Shown here piece after piece: positions 30,785 through 40,517 of a DNA stretch of 64,000 bases; within the stretch, counting starts at the first letter, position 1, and every line of letters starts with the position of its first letter. Both the position numbers and the translations under genes were made by a program. Source of the stretch: Alphaproteobacteria bacterium (GTDB lineage: Bacteria; Pseudomonadota; Alphaproteobacteria; SMXQ01); NCBI GenBank assembly GCA_009380075.1, contig WHSO01000003.1, forward strand, positions 4,724-68,723. Direction: 5' to 3'. The notes beneath the pieces were generated by a model. It made no database searches, was not told where the DNA came from, and saw only the letters and a list, made by a program, of their open reading frames with translations.

Positions 30785-31939
30785 CTAGCGCCTTTGACGG
30801 ATCGCTTTCCGGATCTTGGCCCTGAACCCCTTGCCCTGCTTCGAGTTGATCCATTCCGAATATGCGGTGGTCTCCGCGTTCATCTTCCAGTCCCAGGGGT
30901 TCTTGCCCTTGAGCCGTTCCTGCATGTATTTGTCGCCCGGAAGCTCGCCGTACATGATGTTGGGCGCGTCGGGCCCCCGCATCGCCTGGATCTCGGGATG
31001 CGAAAGGAACATGACCCAGAGCGCGGCCGTGGCGGGAGCAGGGCTGTTCCGCGGCACGAACATCAGCGTGGTTTCGACAAGCGTCAGGTCGTTCATGAAA
31101 TAGAAGTCCAGGGGCGCGCCGGGATTCTTGGCCAGGAAGTCGGTAACGACTTCAGCGTTCAGGGTCATGAACCTGACCTCGCCCTGGGCCATACGGGGAA
31201 TGAGCTGGTGGCTTCGGGCGACCACGTAGGTGTTCTTTCCGATGGAGTCGAGAATGCCGAGGACCTCGTCATGGCGGTTGGGATGGTAATTGAATCCCAA
31301 CGCCTCCCAGTGGCTGGTCCATGGTTCGATGGCATACTGGCCCTTGTACTTCAGGTCCGCCATCTCGGCGTAGGACTTCGGCAGGTCCTTGAGGGAGACG
31401 AGAGTCTTGTTGTAGCCGACACCCTTCAACCGGTTTGAATGCGCGAACGCGTAGCCGGCGTAGCCGGACCGACTGACGTCGCCGGGCTTGACGACACCGG
31501 CCTTCACGCGAGGGTTGATCTCGGCCAGGAGGGCTTCCCAGTTGCTGATCTTCGCCGCGTAGTTTCCGCGCACGAAGAGCGGCATGTTCCCGCCGTTGGT
31601 GGTGTAGAACGCCAGCTTCGGCTGCCCGCCCAGGTCAAGGGCGGCCATCATCTGGGATGTGAACGTGTTGTCGGTTCCCTCGACGATATTGATCGTCTTG
31701 TTGAGCCCGAACTGCTTGTTGAAAAGCTGGTTGGCCTTCTGGATCAGTGCGGCGGTCGACAACAGAACGCGCGTCATCGATCCATCGATCCTGGCAGGCT
31801 CCTTTTTTGCCTGCTCAACCAGTGCCTTGAATGCGTCCGTGCCCGACGATTGCGCGAGGGCCGGGCCGGTGGGCAGGGTCAGCATGGCGACCGCGAGGGC
31901 CATCACCGTGCTGCGATGGGCAAAATCATGCAATGTCAT
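30785..31939 (-). CDS. ABC substrate-binding protein (tandem duplicate 2)
   Basis: Signal peptide; GYNKTLVSLKDLPKSYAEMADLKYKGQ, APAPATAALWVMFL; extensive identity to 32000-33148. Confidence 0.78.
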   Translation of the reverse strand: MTLHDFAHRSTVMALAVAMLTLPTGPALAQSSGTDAFKALVEQAKKEPARIDGSMTRVLLSTAALIQKANQLFNKQFGLNKTINIVEGTDNTFTSQMMAALDLGGQPKLAFYTTNGGNMPLFVRGNYAAKISNWEALLAEINPRVKAGVVKPGDVSRSGYAGYAFAHSNRLKGVGYNKTLVSLKDLPKSYAEMADLKYKGQYAIEPWTSHWEALGFNYHPNRHDEVLGILDSIGKNTYVVARSHQLIPRMAQGEVRFMTLNAEVVTDFLAKNPGAPLDFYFMNDLTLVETTLMFVPRNSPAPATAALWVMFLSHPEIQAMRGPDAPNIMYGELPGDKYMQERLKGKNPWDWKMNAETTAYSEWINSKQGKGFRAKIRKAIRQRR

Positions 31940-31999
31940 TTGTTCCTCTCCCGCCGGGACCCGCTCCCGGCTCCTTATCTTTTGTTCTACAGCCGTTTC

Positions 32000-33148
32000 C
32001 TATCGCTTGCGCTGGCGTATCGCAGCCCGGATCTTGGCGCGAAAGGCCTTCTGTTCCTTCGCGTTGATCCATTTCCAATAGGCCGTCGCCGAAGCGTCGA
32101 TCTGCCAGTCCCAGAGCTTTTTGCCTTTGAGGCGTTCCCTGATCTCAAGATCCGATTTTTGCTCCCCGTATAGGACGTTGGGTGCCGTGGGGCCACGCAA
32201 TGCCTGCGCATCCGGGTGGGATAGGTACATGGCCCATAGCGCCGCTGTCGCGGGCGCCGGACCTTTCGGGGGTAGGAAGACCAGCGTCGTTTCGACCAGG
32301 ACGATGTCGTCCATGAAATAGTAGTCCAGCGGCGCCCCCGGGTTGTCGGCCAGGAATTTGGAGACAACTTCCGTATTCAGGGTCATGAACTTGAACTCCC
32401 CCAGCGACATGCGCGGTATGAGCTGGTGACTGCGTGAAACGACGTACGTGCCCTTGCCAATCTTGTCGAGGATTCCCATGAACGGGTCGAGCTTGTCGGG
32501 GTAGTAGTTGTATCCGAGTGCTTCCCAGTGGCTCGTCCATGGCTCGACGGCGTATTGCCCCTTGTATTTGGGGTCCGCCATCTCCGCATAGGTGCGGGGG
32601 AGGTCTTTGAGGGAAATAAGGTTCTTGTTGTAGCCCACACCCTTGAGCCGGTTGGAATGGGCGAAGGCATAGCCGGCATAGCCGCTGGGGCTCACGTCGC
32701 TCGGCTTGACGGTGCCGGATTTTACCCGTGGATTGATTTCCGCGAGGATCGCCTCCCAGTCCTTGATCTTGGCGGCGTAACCTCCACTCACGAAGTGCGG
32801 CATGTCGCCGCCGTTGGTGGCGTAGAACGCCAGTTCCGGTTTGCCGCCGACATCCACAGCCGCCATCATCTTCGACGTGAACGTATTGTCGACGCCCTTG
32901 ACGACCTGGATCGTCTTGTTGAGGCCGAACTGCTTGTTGAACAGGGCGTTGGCCTTTTCGACGAGAGGATTGAGCGCAAGCGTGACCCGGCCCGTGACGA
33001 CATCGGGTTCCTTCTTGGCCTCGGCGACCAATTTTCTGAGTGCGGCCTCGCCGGTGGTTTGGGCATGTCCCGGCGCGACGATACCGGCCGCCGCCATAAC
33101 CATCGCCGCGATTCCCACGCGGAACCGTGCTGGATTTGAAAGCCTCAT
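32000..33148 (-). CDS. ABC substrate-binding protein (tandem duplicate 1)
   Basis: Signal peptide; long identical blocks with 30785-31939 (GYAGYAFAHSNRLKGVGYNK, EPWTSHWEALG, RSHQLIPRM). Confidence 0.78.
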   Translation of the reverse strand: MRLSNPARFRVGIAAMVMAAAGIVAPGHAQTTGEAALRKLVAEAKKEPDVVTGRVTLALNPLVEKANALFNKQFGLNKTIQVVKGVDNTFTSKMMAAVDVGGKPELAFYATNGGDMPHFVSGGYAAKIKDWEAILAEINPRVKSGTVKPSDVSPSGYAGYAFAHSNRLKGVGYNKNLISLKDLPRTYAEMADPKYKGQYAVEPWTSHWEALGYNYYPDKLDPFMGILDKIGKGTYVVSRSHQLIPRMSLGEFKFMTLNTEVVSKFLADNPGAPLDYYFMDDIVLVETTLVFLPPKGPAPATAALWAMYLSHPDAQALRGPTAPNVLYGEQKSDLEIRERLKGKKLWDWQIDASATAYWKWINAKEQKAFRAKIRAAIRQRKR

Positions 33149-33194
33149 GGAACCTTTTCCTCCCCTAGTTGGTGCTAACAGCGCAACGCGCTCC

Positions 33195-34304
33195 TTATTT
33201 TTTCGCCATCAGCTTCTTCATGATCCGGCGAATCTGGGCGCGCTTCGTGACGACAAAATCCCAGTCATAGGTATCGAAATATTCGACGCCCGGCTTTGGA
33301 ATGGCCTCCGGTGTAAGATAGCTCGCTTCGTCGATGTCGTTGCGGGTCGGCACCTCCGCGCGTGCGCGACTGTAGATTTCCATGCCTTCCTTGGAAGCAA
33401 TCCAGTTCACGAAGACTTTTGCCGCGCTGGGGTGCGGTGCGCGGTTGAGCAGGCCGATCATGCCGAAGCCTGCGGACGTTGTCAGGGGCAGGCCGATCAC
33501 GTCATCGACCTCCTTGACCGGGAAACCCTGCTTCCGCGCCTCGGCGACATCGTCGTCGCCGGCGTTGAAGACGATGGGGTAGGTGCCCCGGACGAGCCAG
33601 TCCGCCAGTTGGCGCCGGTCCCGGCTGATCCGTGGTTTCTGGTCGACGAAGAGTTTCTTGACGAAACCCTCACCCTGGGAAATATAGACCCGCGCCGCCA
33701 GGGTGAGGCCGCTGCCTGACAGCGTCGGGTCGTCCATGGCGATCTTGCCCCGCCATTTGGGATCGACAAGATCCTTGATCGAGCGGATCTCATCCGCCTT
33801 TACCTTCGCCGTATTTATGTAGAACGATCGCTGAACGTTGTTGGATATTCGCAATACGTAGTTTTTTTCGGGGTCGACGAACCAGAGACCGCCGCGCTTC
33901 CATTTCGAACCGTCCAGCACCTCCGGCAGGACAAGTGCCGGCTTCAGCGGGTCCAGCATCTTTTCGCGATAGTAGACGATGGCGAGGGTAGACAATCCGG
34001 CGATGACGGCATCGGCTGTATAATGCCCAGCCGCGCGCTCAGTGGCGATGCGCGCCGCGGACGAACGCCCACGCCCGCCGATATACTCGAGATCGATATC
34101 GAACCGTTTTTTGAAGGCCCTGGGAAGTTCGCGGCGGACGTCGGCATCTGGCGGCCCGACGACCACGATCTTACCCTCCGCCCGTGCCGCGGCGACCAGT
34201 TGATCCCATGCCTGGTCCGCGCCCTGGGCGAGCGACGTCCAACAAATGAGGGCCGCATACACGCCTGCGGCAAACGCCGCTCTGGAAATTCCCCCGACGT
34301 TCAT
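33195..34304 (-). CDS. ABC substrate-binding protein, Fe3+/polyamine class
   Basis: Signal peptide; AAARAEGKIVV, DLVDPKWRGKI, RAPHPSAAKVFVNWIAS. Confidence 0.8.
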   Translation of the reverse strand: MNVGGISRAAFAAGVYAALICWTSLAQGADQAWDQLVAAARAEGKIVVVGPPDADVRRELPRAFKKRFDIDLEYIGGRGRSSAARIATERAAGHYTADAVIAGLSTLAIVYYREKMLDPLKPALVLPEVLDGSKWKRGGLWFVDPEKNYVLRISNNVQRSFYINTAKVKADEIRSIKDLVDPKWRGKIAMDDPTLSGSGLTLAARVYISQGEGFVKKLFVDQKPRISRDRRQLADWLVRGTYPIVFNAGDDDVAEARKQGFPVKEVDDVIGLPLTTSAGFGMIGLLNRAPHPSAAKVFVNWIASKEGMEIYSRARAEVPTRNDIDEASYLTPEAIPKPGVEYFDTYDWDFVVTKRAQIRRIMKKLMAKK

Positions 34305-34380
34305 TCCTGTCCCCCTGTCGTCGTGCATTGGTTTCTGCACAATCGCTTATTCGGAATTTGTTGTGTCCTAGTATTGCCCG

Positions 34381-34398
34381 GATTGCGTCAGATTGCGT
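34381..34398. repeat. GATTGCGT direct repeat (10-bp period) in the AT-rich divergent promoter
   Basis: gattgcgtca gattgcgtac at 34381 and 34391, between divergently transcribed SBP genes. Confidence 0.45.
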
Positions 34399-34567
34399 AC
34401 CTGAAAAAATTGCTGATTGATTCAATTAGTTTTTTTCGCCAGAGTACTTAAAGGGATGTCAGGCTGGCACAACATGGTCATTTGGCGCAAAGGAGAATTT
34501 CCCGGACGTTGATTATAATTTCCCATTCCTAGTTGTGGCGCAGGAAAAATAGATCAGGGAGGCTGCT

Positions 34568-35677
34568 GTGCGCGTGACAAGAATCGCCGGACGAATATTG
34601 GGATTTGCTGCGCTGGTGCTCCTCTTGTGGGTTGGTCAGGGATGGGCCGTCACCCTTGACGAGCTTGCCGCCGAGGCCAGGAGCGAAGGAAAGGTCGTCG
34701 TGATCGGGCCGGCGCACCAGGCCGTGCGCCGTGAACTGCCGGCAGCGTTCAAGAAGCGGTTCGGCATCGACATGGAGTATCTAGGTGGGCGCGGTGGCGC
34801 CGCCGCCGCGCGCATCCAGGCAGAGCGTGCCGCGGGGCACTACACGACCGACGTGGCGCTCGCGGGAATCCAGACGCTTGCCACGGTGATGTATCCGCAG
34901 GGCATGCTCGATCCCATCAAGCCGATTCTCGTCGTCAAGGACGCGCTGGCCGGCCCGCATTGGCGCACCGGTGAGCCATGGTTCATCGATCCGAAGAAGG
35001 AATACGCGCTGCGCCTGTTTTCCTACGTCGGTGAGATGTTCACGATCAACACCAAGCACGTGAACCCGGAGGAAATCAAATCGGCGCGTGCGCTCCTCCT
35101 CAATCCGAAATGGAAGGGAAAGATCGTTGCCCATGACCCCCGCGGCAGCGGCACCGGCAGTAACGTAGCGACCCAGTACTACCTGAAGCTAGGCGGAGAG
35201 GAGTTCCTGCGCAGGTTCTATGTCGATCAGCAGCCGAAGTTCAGCCGCAACGAGAGACAGATCACGGACTGGTTGCTGCGTGGCACCTATCCCATCGTCA
35301 TCGGCGGGGACTTCGCCGAGGTCGAAAGGATGCGCGCGGAAGGCCATCCCGTCATGTCGATCTACAAGCTGCCGGATCTCCAGCCCATGCTTTCGGGCGG
35401 TAACGGCAATATTGTCATGTTCAACAAGGCGCCCCATCCGAAGGCGGCGAAGCTGCTGATCAACTGGCTTGCCTCGAAGGAAGGCCTCGAAATCTACGCC
35501 CGCGTCAGCGAGCGCGCGACGAACCGGGCCGACGTCAACGAGAAATCGTTCCTGACGGAACACATCATTCCCAAGCCGGGCGTCGAATACTTCGATGCCT
35601 ATGACTGGGAATTTTCGGTCAATACCAAGGCCAAGGTCCGCCGGATGTTGAAAAAGATGCTGAGCAGCAAGAACTAG
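34568..35677 (+). CDS. ABC substrate-binding protein, paralog of 33195-34304
   Basis: GTG start, signal peptide; RRELPAAFKKRFGIDMEYLGGRG, KAPHPKAAKLLINWLAS, PKPGVEYFDAYDWEF shared with its divergent neighbour. Confidence 0.8.
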   Translation: MRVTRIAGRILGFAALVLLLWVGQGWAVTLDELAAEARSEGKVVVIGPAHQAVRRELPAAFKKRFGIDMEYLGGRGGAAAARIQAERAAGHYTTDVALAGIQTLATVMYPQGMLDPIKPILVVKDALAGPHWRTGEPWFIDPKKEYALRLFSYVGEMFTINTKHVNPEEIKSARALLLNPKWKGKIVAHDPRGSGTGSNVATQYYLKLGGEEFLRRFYVDQQPKFSRNERQITDWLLRGTYPIVIGGDFAEVERMRAEGHPVMSIYKLPDLQPMLSGGNGNIVMFNKAPHPKAAKLLINWLASKEGLEIYARVSERATNRADVNEKSFLTEHIIPKPGVEYFDAYDWEFSVNTKAKVRRMLKKMLSSKN

Positions 35678-35735
35678 ATCGCAGCCGGAACGGATATAGG
35701 GGCCGACAGGCCCGATACACGGCGGGGAGGGAGTC

Positions 35736-36779
35736 ATGGAGAGCATCTTTTACATCGGCACCGAGTCAGGGGTGATCACCGCGCGCAGCCGCGACCGCGA
35801 AAACTGGGAAATTGTCGAAAGAGGTCTCCGGGACTGGGACGTGCCGGAAGTCGCCGTGGTACCCGGTCGCCCGAACAGAGTCTTTGCCGGCACCCGCGGT
35901 GACGGCGTCTGGATGAGCGACGACTTCGGCAAGTCCTGGGCAAAGCCTTGCTACGGCAAGCGAGGGCCCGGGAAGGTCAAGAGCCTCACCATCGATCCGC
36001 ATGATCCACGACGCCTGTATGCGGGATGCGAGCCCATCGACATCTTCGTCAGCGAGGACGAGGGCAGAAGCTGGAAGCGCCTGGATTCAGTCTGGGACGA
36101 TCCGTTCATCGCCACGATTCCCTATCCGGTCAAGACCGTCGAACCCCATGTCCGCGACGTGACGGTGGATCCCACCGACCCGAACATCCTTTATGCGGCC
36201 CTTCAGGTGGGTTTCATCATCAAGAGCACCGATCGCGGCAAGACCTGGAAGCTCCTGAACCGGAATTTGGACTGCGACGTTCACACCGTCGTTGTCGATC
36301 CGAAGGATCGTAACCGCATTCTCGTGTCCACCGGCGGCCACGACGCGCGGCGCGGCACCGCCCCGGGCCGGGCGCTGTACGTGAGCGAGGACGCAGGTGA
36401 GTCCTGGACGCCCTTGGCGACCAATTTTCAGGAGGAATACGCCATTCCTCTGGTCTTCGATCCGGGCGATCCGAGCCGCGTCTATTCCGCCGTCGCCAAC
36501 GGCCAGCCGGGCCAATGGCGCCGCCGTGACACGGGCGCCGAGTCCACCGTGATCCGCTCCACGGACGGCGGGCGTTCCTGGGAAAAGCTCGAGCACGCGA
36601 TCGCCCGTGCTTATTTTCCCGAAGCGATCGTTGCCGACGATGCCGTGCGTGGAGGCATTTACGCGGCCTGCCGGAACGGCGATTTCTACGGCAGCGACGA
36701 CGGCGGGGATAGCTGGCGCAAGCTGCCGCTCGATCTCAGGATTTCCGATCTCTCGAGCTTCACGCTCGCGCACGCGTGA
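35736..36779 (+). CDS. BNR/Asp-box beta-propeller protein, no signal peptide
   Basis: SDDFGKSW, SEDEGRSW, STDRGKTW, SEDAGESW, STDGGRSW, SDDGGDSW repeats. Confidence 0.82.
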   Translation: MESIFYIGTESGVITARSRDRENWEIVERGLRDWDVPEVAVVPGRPNRVFAGTRGDGVWMSDDFGKSWAKPCYGKRGPGKVKSLTIDPHDPRRLYAGCEPIDIFVSEDEGRSWKRLDSVWDDPFIATIPYPVKTVEPHVRDVTVDPTDPNILYAALQVGFIIKSTDRGKTWKLLNRNLDCDVHTVVVDPKDRNRILVSTGGHDARRGTAPGRALYVSEDAGESWTPLATNFQEEYAIPLVFDPGDPSRVYSAVANGQPGQWRRRDTGAESTVIRSTDGGRSWEKLEHAIARAYFPEAIVADDAVRGGIYAACRNGDFYGSDDGGDSWRKLPLDLRISDLSSFTLAHA

Positions 36780-36899
36780 TCCCACGGGTGACCCAGGTAT
36801 CCGGAGCCGGCCGATTTCGGGCCGCTGGCCCCGTGACTCGCGATTGCGACCATCTCCGAAACGACTCCCTCTCCCCATGAACCACGTGAAACAGGACAC

Positions 36900-37619
36900 A
36901 TGACCGATATTCTGCATCTCAAGGAAAAGCTGGCACAGGCATGCCGGGTGATCGGGTTGCTCGATCTCACCAAGGCGACCACAGGGCACCTCAGCCTCCG
37001 CATTCCCGGCACCGACAAGGTCCTGATCCGGGCCCGCGGCGACTTCGAATCGGGCGTGCGCTATACTGCGGCGGACGACATCATCACCGTCGACCTGCAG
37101 GGCCGGAAGCTCGAGGGCCGCGACGATCTTGACCCCCCGCGCGAGGTGTACATCCATACCTGGCTCTATCGCACGCGACCAGGCATCGGTGCCGTGGTCC
37201 ACGCGCATCCGCCGACCCTCGTCCTCTTCACCGTGTGCAAGAAGCCCTTGCTGCCGATCTATGGCGGCTACGACCCGAGCAGCCTTCGCATGCTGATGGA
37301 AGGCGTCCCTACCTATCCGCGCAGCGTCACCGTGACCAATGACACGCTGGGTGAGGAATTTGCCCAGGCCATGGGGACCCGCGCCTGCCTGATGCGCGGG
37401 CACGGGATCACGACCTGCGGTGGCGACGTGGAGGACGCGGCGCTGACCACCATCAAGCTCAATCACCTTGCGGAAATGAATTTCCGTGCCTACCAGCTCG
37501 GCGATCCGGAACCGATTCCCGATGACGACATCGCGGCGTTCTCGAAGTCCAGGACCGTGAAGGACAACGCGCCCGTGTGGACCTACTACTGCAAACTGGT
37601 GGGCGAGGACGCGATCTAG
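36900..37619 (+). CDS. Class II aldolase/adducin family protein
   Basis: GHLSLRIPG, EVYIH, VVHAHP and MRGHG zinc-binding motifs. Confidence 0.88.
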   Translation: MTDILHLKEKLAQACRVIGLLDLTKATTGHLSLRIPGTDKVLIRARGDFESGVRYTAADDIITVDLQGRKLEGRDDLDPPREVYIHTWLYRTRPGIGAVVHAHPPTLVLFTVCKKPLLPIYGGYDPSSLRMLMEGVPTYPRSVTVTNDTLGEEFAQAMGTRACLMRGHGITTCGGDVEDAALTTIKLNHLAEMNFRAYQLGDPEPIPDDDIAAFSKSRTVKDNAPVWTYYCKLVGEDAI

Positions 37620-37631
37620 CGGCGCGGCACG

Positions 37632-38717
37632 ATGAGCGACGTCGTCCTCGAATTCCGTGATGTCCTGAAACGCTTCGGCGGAACGACCATCGTTGATCGC
37701 GTCAGTTTTACCGTGAACCGCGGGGAGTTCTTCACCCTTCTGGGGCCCTCGGGCTGCGGCAAGACGACGACGCTCAGGCTCATCGCTGGGCTGGAGGTGC
37801 CCGACGGCGGCGAGATCGTCCTCGACGGGCAGACGCTCGCTGCACCCGCCGCCGGCATCTGCCTGCCGCCAGACAAGCGTAATCTCGGCATGATGTTCCA
37901 GTCCTACGCCATCTGGCCGCACCTGTCGGTGTTCGAGAACGTCGCCTTCCCGTTACGCGTACGCCGGGTTCCGGAACCGGATATCGCGCGCAAGGTGACG
38001 GAAGCGCTGGAACTGGTCGGCCTCGCCGGCATGGAAGGACGCGGTGCCACGCAGCTTTCCGGCGGGCAGCAGCAGCGCGTGGCTCTTGCCCGCGCGGTCG
38101 TCTATACGCCGAGCCTCTTGCTTCTGGACGAGCCTCTCAGCAATCTAGACGTCAAGCTGCGCGAGCAGATGCGCATGGAACTGCGCGCGTTGCAGCGGCG
38201 TCTCGACCTCACGGTCATCTATGTCACCCACGACCAGTCCGAAGCCATGTCGCTGTCCGACCGCGTCGCGGTCGTCAACAAGGGTCGATTCGAGCAGGTC
38301 GGAACCCCCCAGGAGATCTACGAACGCCCGCGCAAGCGCTTCGTTGGCGATTTTCTCGGCCGGACCATCATCGTCCGCGGCATCGTTCGGGGCACCGCGA
38401 GCGAACGCTGGGTCGAGCTTCCGGGCGCCGAGCGCATTGCCGTGCCGCCCGAAACCGACGCCGGCGTGACGGAGGGCACGCGGGTACGGGTGCTCTGCCG
38501 GCCCGAGGAGGTCACCCTGCTTCCCGGCGGCGAGTCCGCGCCCAATCAGGTCACTGGGCGCATCGAAACCGTGACCTACATGGGCGATCACCTCGAATAC
38601 ACCATCCGCGCCGCCGAGCTTGAACTGCTTATGACCGCCAGCAAGAAGACGCCGCAACCGGTCGGCGCCGAGGTCCGCCTGCAATTCGATCCGCAGGCGG
38701 TCACGATCCTGCCATGA
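37632..38717 (+). CDS. ABC transporter ATP-binding protein (FbpC/PotA-like)
   Basis: GPSGCGKTT, LSGGQQQR, LLLLDEPLSNLD, TOBE-like C-terminus. Confidence 0.92.
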   Translation: MSDVVLEFRDVLKRFGGTTIVDRVSFTVNRGEFFTLLGPSGCGKTTTLRLIAGLEVPDGGEIVLDGQTLAAPAAGICLPPDKRNLGMMFQSYAIWPHLSVFENVAFPLRVRRVPEPDIARKVTEALELVGLAGMEGRGATQLSGGQQQRVALARAVVYTPSLLLLDEPLSNLDVKLREQMRMELRALQRRLDLTVIYVTHDQSEAMSLSDRVAVVNKGRFEQVGTPQEIYERPRKRFVGDFLGRTIIVRGIVRGTASERWVELPGAERIAVPPETDAGVTEGTRVRVLCRPEEVTLLPGGESAPNQVTGRIETVTYMGDHLEYTIRAAELELLMTASKKTPQPVGAEVRLQFDPQAVTILP

Positions 38718-40471
38718 GCGATGCGCCGATTTTCAGGCCGGGCTTTCGACTTCTTGGCTTCAGCGCCGTGGAGATCGTCGTACTGGCGCTGTTCGCCTTC
38801 CTGATGGTCCTGCCGGTCGTCTCGCTCTTTGTCGGCAGCTTCAACATCGCCTCGCCCACGCAACCGGCGGCCTATGGCTTCAGGAACTGGATCACCGCCT
38901 TTTCAGACCCCAAGACACTGGACGCGCTGGGGCTGAGTTTCCTGTTCTCGATCGTGCGGCTGGGGCCGTCGCTGCTGCTGGGCGTCCTCGTGGCCTGGCT
39001 CATCGCGCGTACGGACATGCCGGGCGGGCACGTGGTGGAGGTGGCGTGCTGGTTCGCCTTTTTCGTGCCCGACTTCCCACTGACGCTGGCGTGGATACTG
39101 TTGCTCGATCCGAACTACGGCTTTCTAAACACGGCCTTGATGTCGCTGCCGTTCATCGAGGAGGCGCCGTTCGATCCCTACACGTTCTGGGGCATCGTCT
39201 GGGTCCACATGGGAACCGGCGGAATCTGGTTCAAGGTGATGCTGCTCACGCCGCTGTTCCGCCGTATGGGCGCGACCCTGGAGGAGGCCGCCCGCGTCGC
39301 CGGAGCGAACACGTTCACCACGCTGCGGCGGGTGACGATTCCGGTGCTGTCGCCGATGATCTTTGCGGTCGGTGTGCTGGGGTTCATACGCGGTCTGGAA
39401 TCCTTCAACACGGAACTCCTGCTCGGCCTTCCCGCCGGCATCTACATCTACGGCACCCGTATCTACGACTACCTCCAGGAGGAGCCGGCCCAGTATGGCG
39501 CCGCCACGGCGCTCGGCTCGGTGTTCCTCGTGGTCCTCGCCGTGCTCGCCTTCCTGTACCGCCGCTATTTCCAGGCCGACCGAAAATTCGCGGTGGTGAC
39601 GGGGCAGGGGTATTCGACCATGCGCGTGCGGCTCGGCCGATGGCGATACGTCGCGCTCTCGGGCGTCATTCTCTATTTCGCCGTCATGATGGTGCTGCCG
39701 CTGGTGTTCCTCGTCATCGGCTCCTTCATGCGCCGTTACGGTTTCTTCAACCTCGATGACCCCTTCACGTTTTCGCACTGGCAGAACCTGTTCCGTGATC
39801 CCGTGTTCCTGGGTTCGCTCACCAACAGCCTGATGATCGCGGGCATGACTGCCGTCATGGGTGTCATTGCCTATTCCTCCGTCGGCTACATGCTGGCGTC
39901 GCCGCATCCCGTGCGTAGCCGCGGCATTCTCGAATTCCTGTGCTGGCTCCCCTGGGTAATTCCCGGCATCCTGCTCGGGCTCGGGCTGCTGTGGATCTTC
40001 CTGGCGACGCCGTTGAGTGTTTTCCTTTATGGAACGATCTTTGGTATCGCGCTGGCGCTCACCATCCAGGACAGTCCCGTCAGCACCCAGGCCTTCAAGT
40101 CGGGATTCCTGCAGCTCGGGCGCGACCTCGAGGAAGCGGCGCGGGTTTCTGGCGCATCATGGCGTTACACCTATTTCCGCATTCTCCTGCCGCTGGTGGC
40201 GCCGGTGGCGCTCACGATCGGGATGCTCAATTTCGGCAGCGCCATGACGACCATCAGCATTCCGGTCCTGCTTTACAGCGCGCAGTCCCGGCCGCTATCC
40301 ATCCTTCTGCTGGAATATTCTTTTTCCGGGGAACTGGAACGCGGCGCGGCCCTTGGTTTGTTGATCACCGTTATCATCTGCGCAATGATCGTCGTCGGCA
40401 GGCGTTTCGGTCTCCTCGACCTGAGCCAGAGCGGCGGCGGCCGTGACAAAACGCGGGGAGACGCCGGGTGA
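38714..40471 (+). CDS. ABC transporter permease (fused two-domain FbpB-like)
   Basis: LEEAARVAGA and LEEAARVSGA EAA loops; many TM segments. Confidence 0.88.
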   Translation: MSDAPIFRPGFRLLGFSAVEIVVLALFAFLMVLPVVSLFVGSFNIASPTQPAAYGFRNWITAFSDPKTLDALGLSFLFSIVRLGPSLLLGVLVAWLIARTDMPGGHVVEVACWFAFFVPDFPLTLAWILLLDPNYGFLNTALMSLPFIEEAPFDPYTFWGIVWVHMGTGGIWFKVMLLTPLFRRMGATLEEAARVAGANTFTTLRRVTIPVLSPMIFAVGVLGFIRGLESFNTELLLGLPAGIYIYGTRIYDYLQEEPAQYGAATALGSVFLVVLAVLAFLYRRYFQADRKFAVVTGQGYSTMRVRLGRWRYVALSGVILYFAVMMVLPLVFLVIGSFMRRYGFFNLDDPFTFSHWQNLFRDPVFLGSLTNSLMIAGMTAVMGVIAYSSVGYMLASPHPVRSRGILEFLCWLPWVIPGILLGLGLLWIFLATPLSVFLYGTIFGIALALTIQDSPVSTQAFKSGFLQLGRDLEEAARVSGASWRYTYFRILLPLVAPVALTIGMLNFGSAMTTISIPVLLYSAQSRPLSILLLEYSFSGELERGAALGLLITVIICAMIVVGRRFGLLDLSQSGGGRDKTRGDAG

Positions 40472-40517
40472 ACCTGCCGAGCAACGACGTGGCCAACCAG
40501 AAGGAAGTTCGGAAAGA

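Noticed and set aside
34466-34490. Possible sigma54 promoter (TGGCAC) upstream of the SBP at 34568
   Set aside because: The -12 TTGC element is absent at the required spacing.
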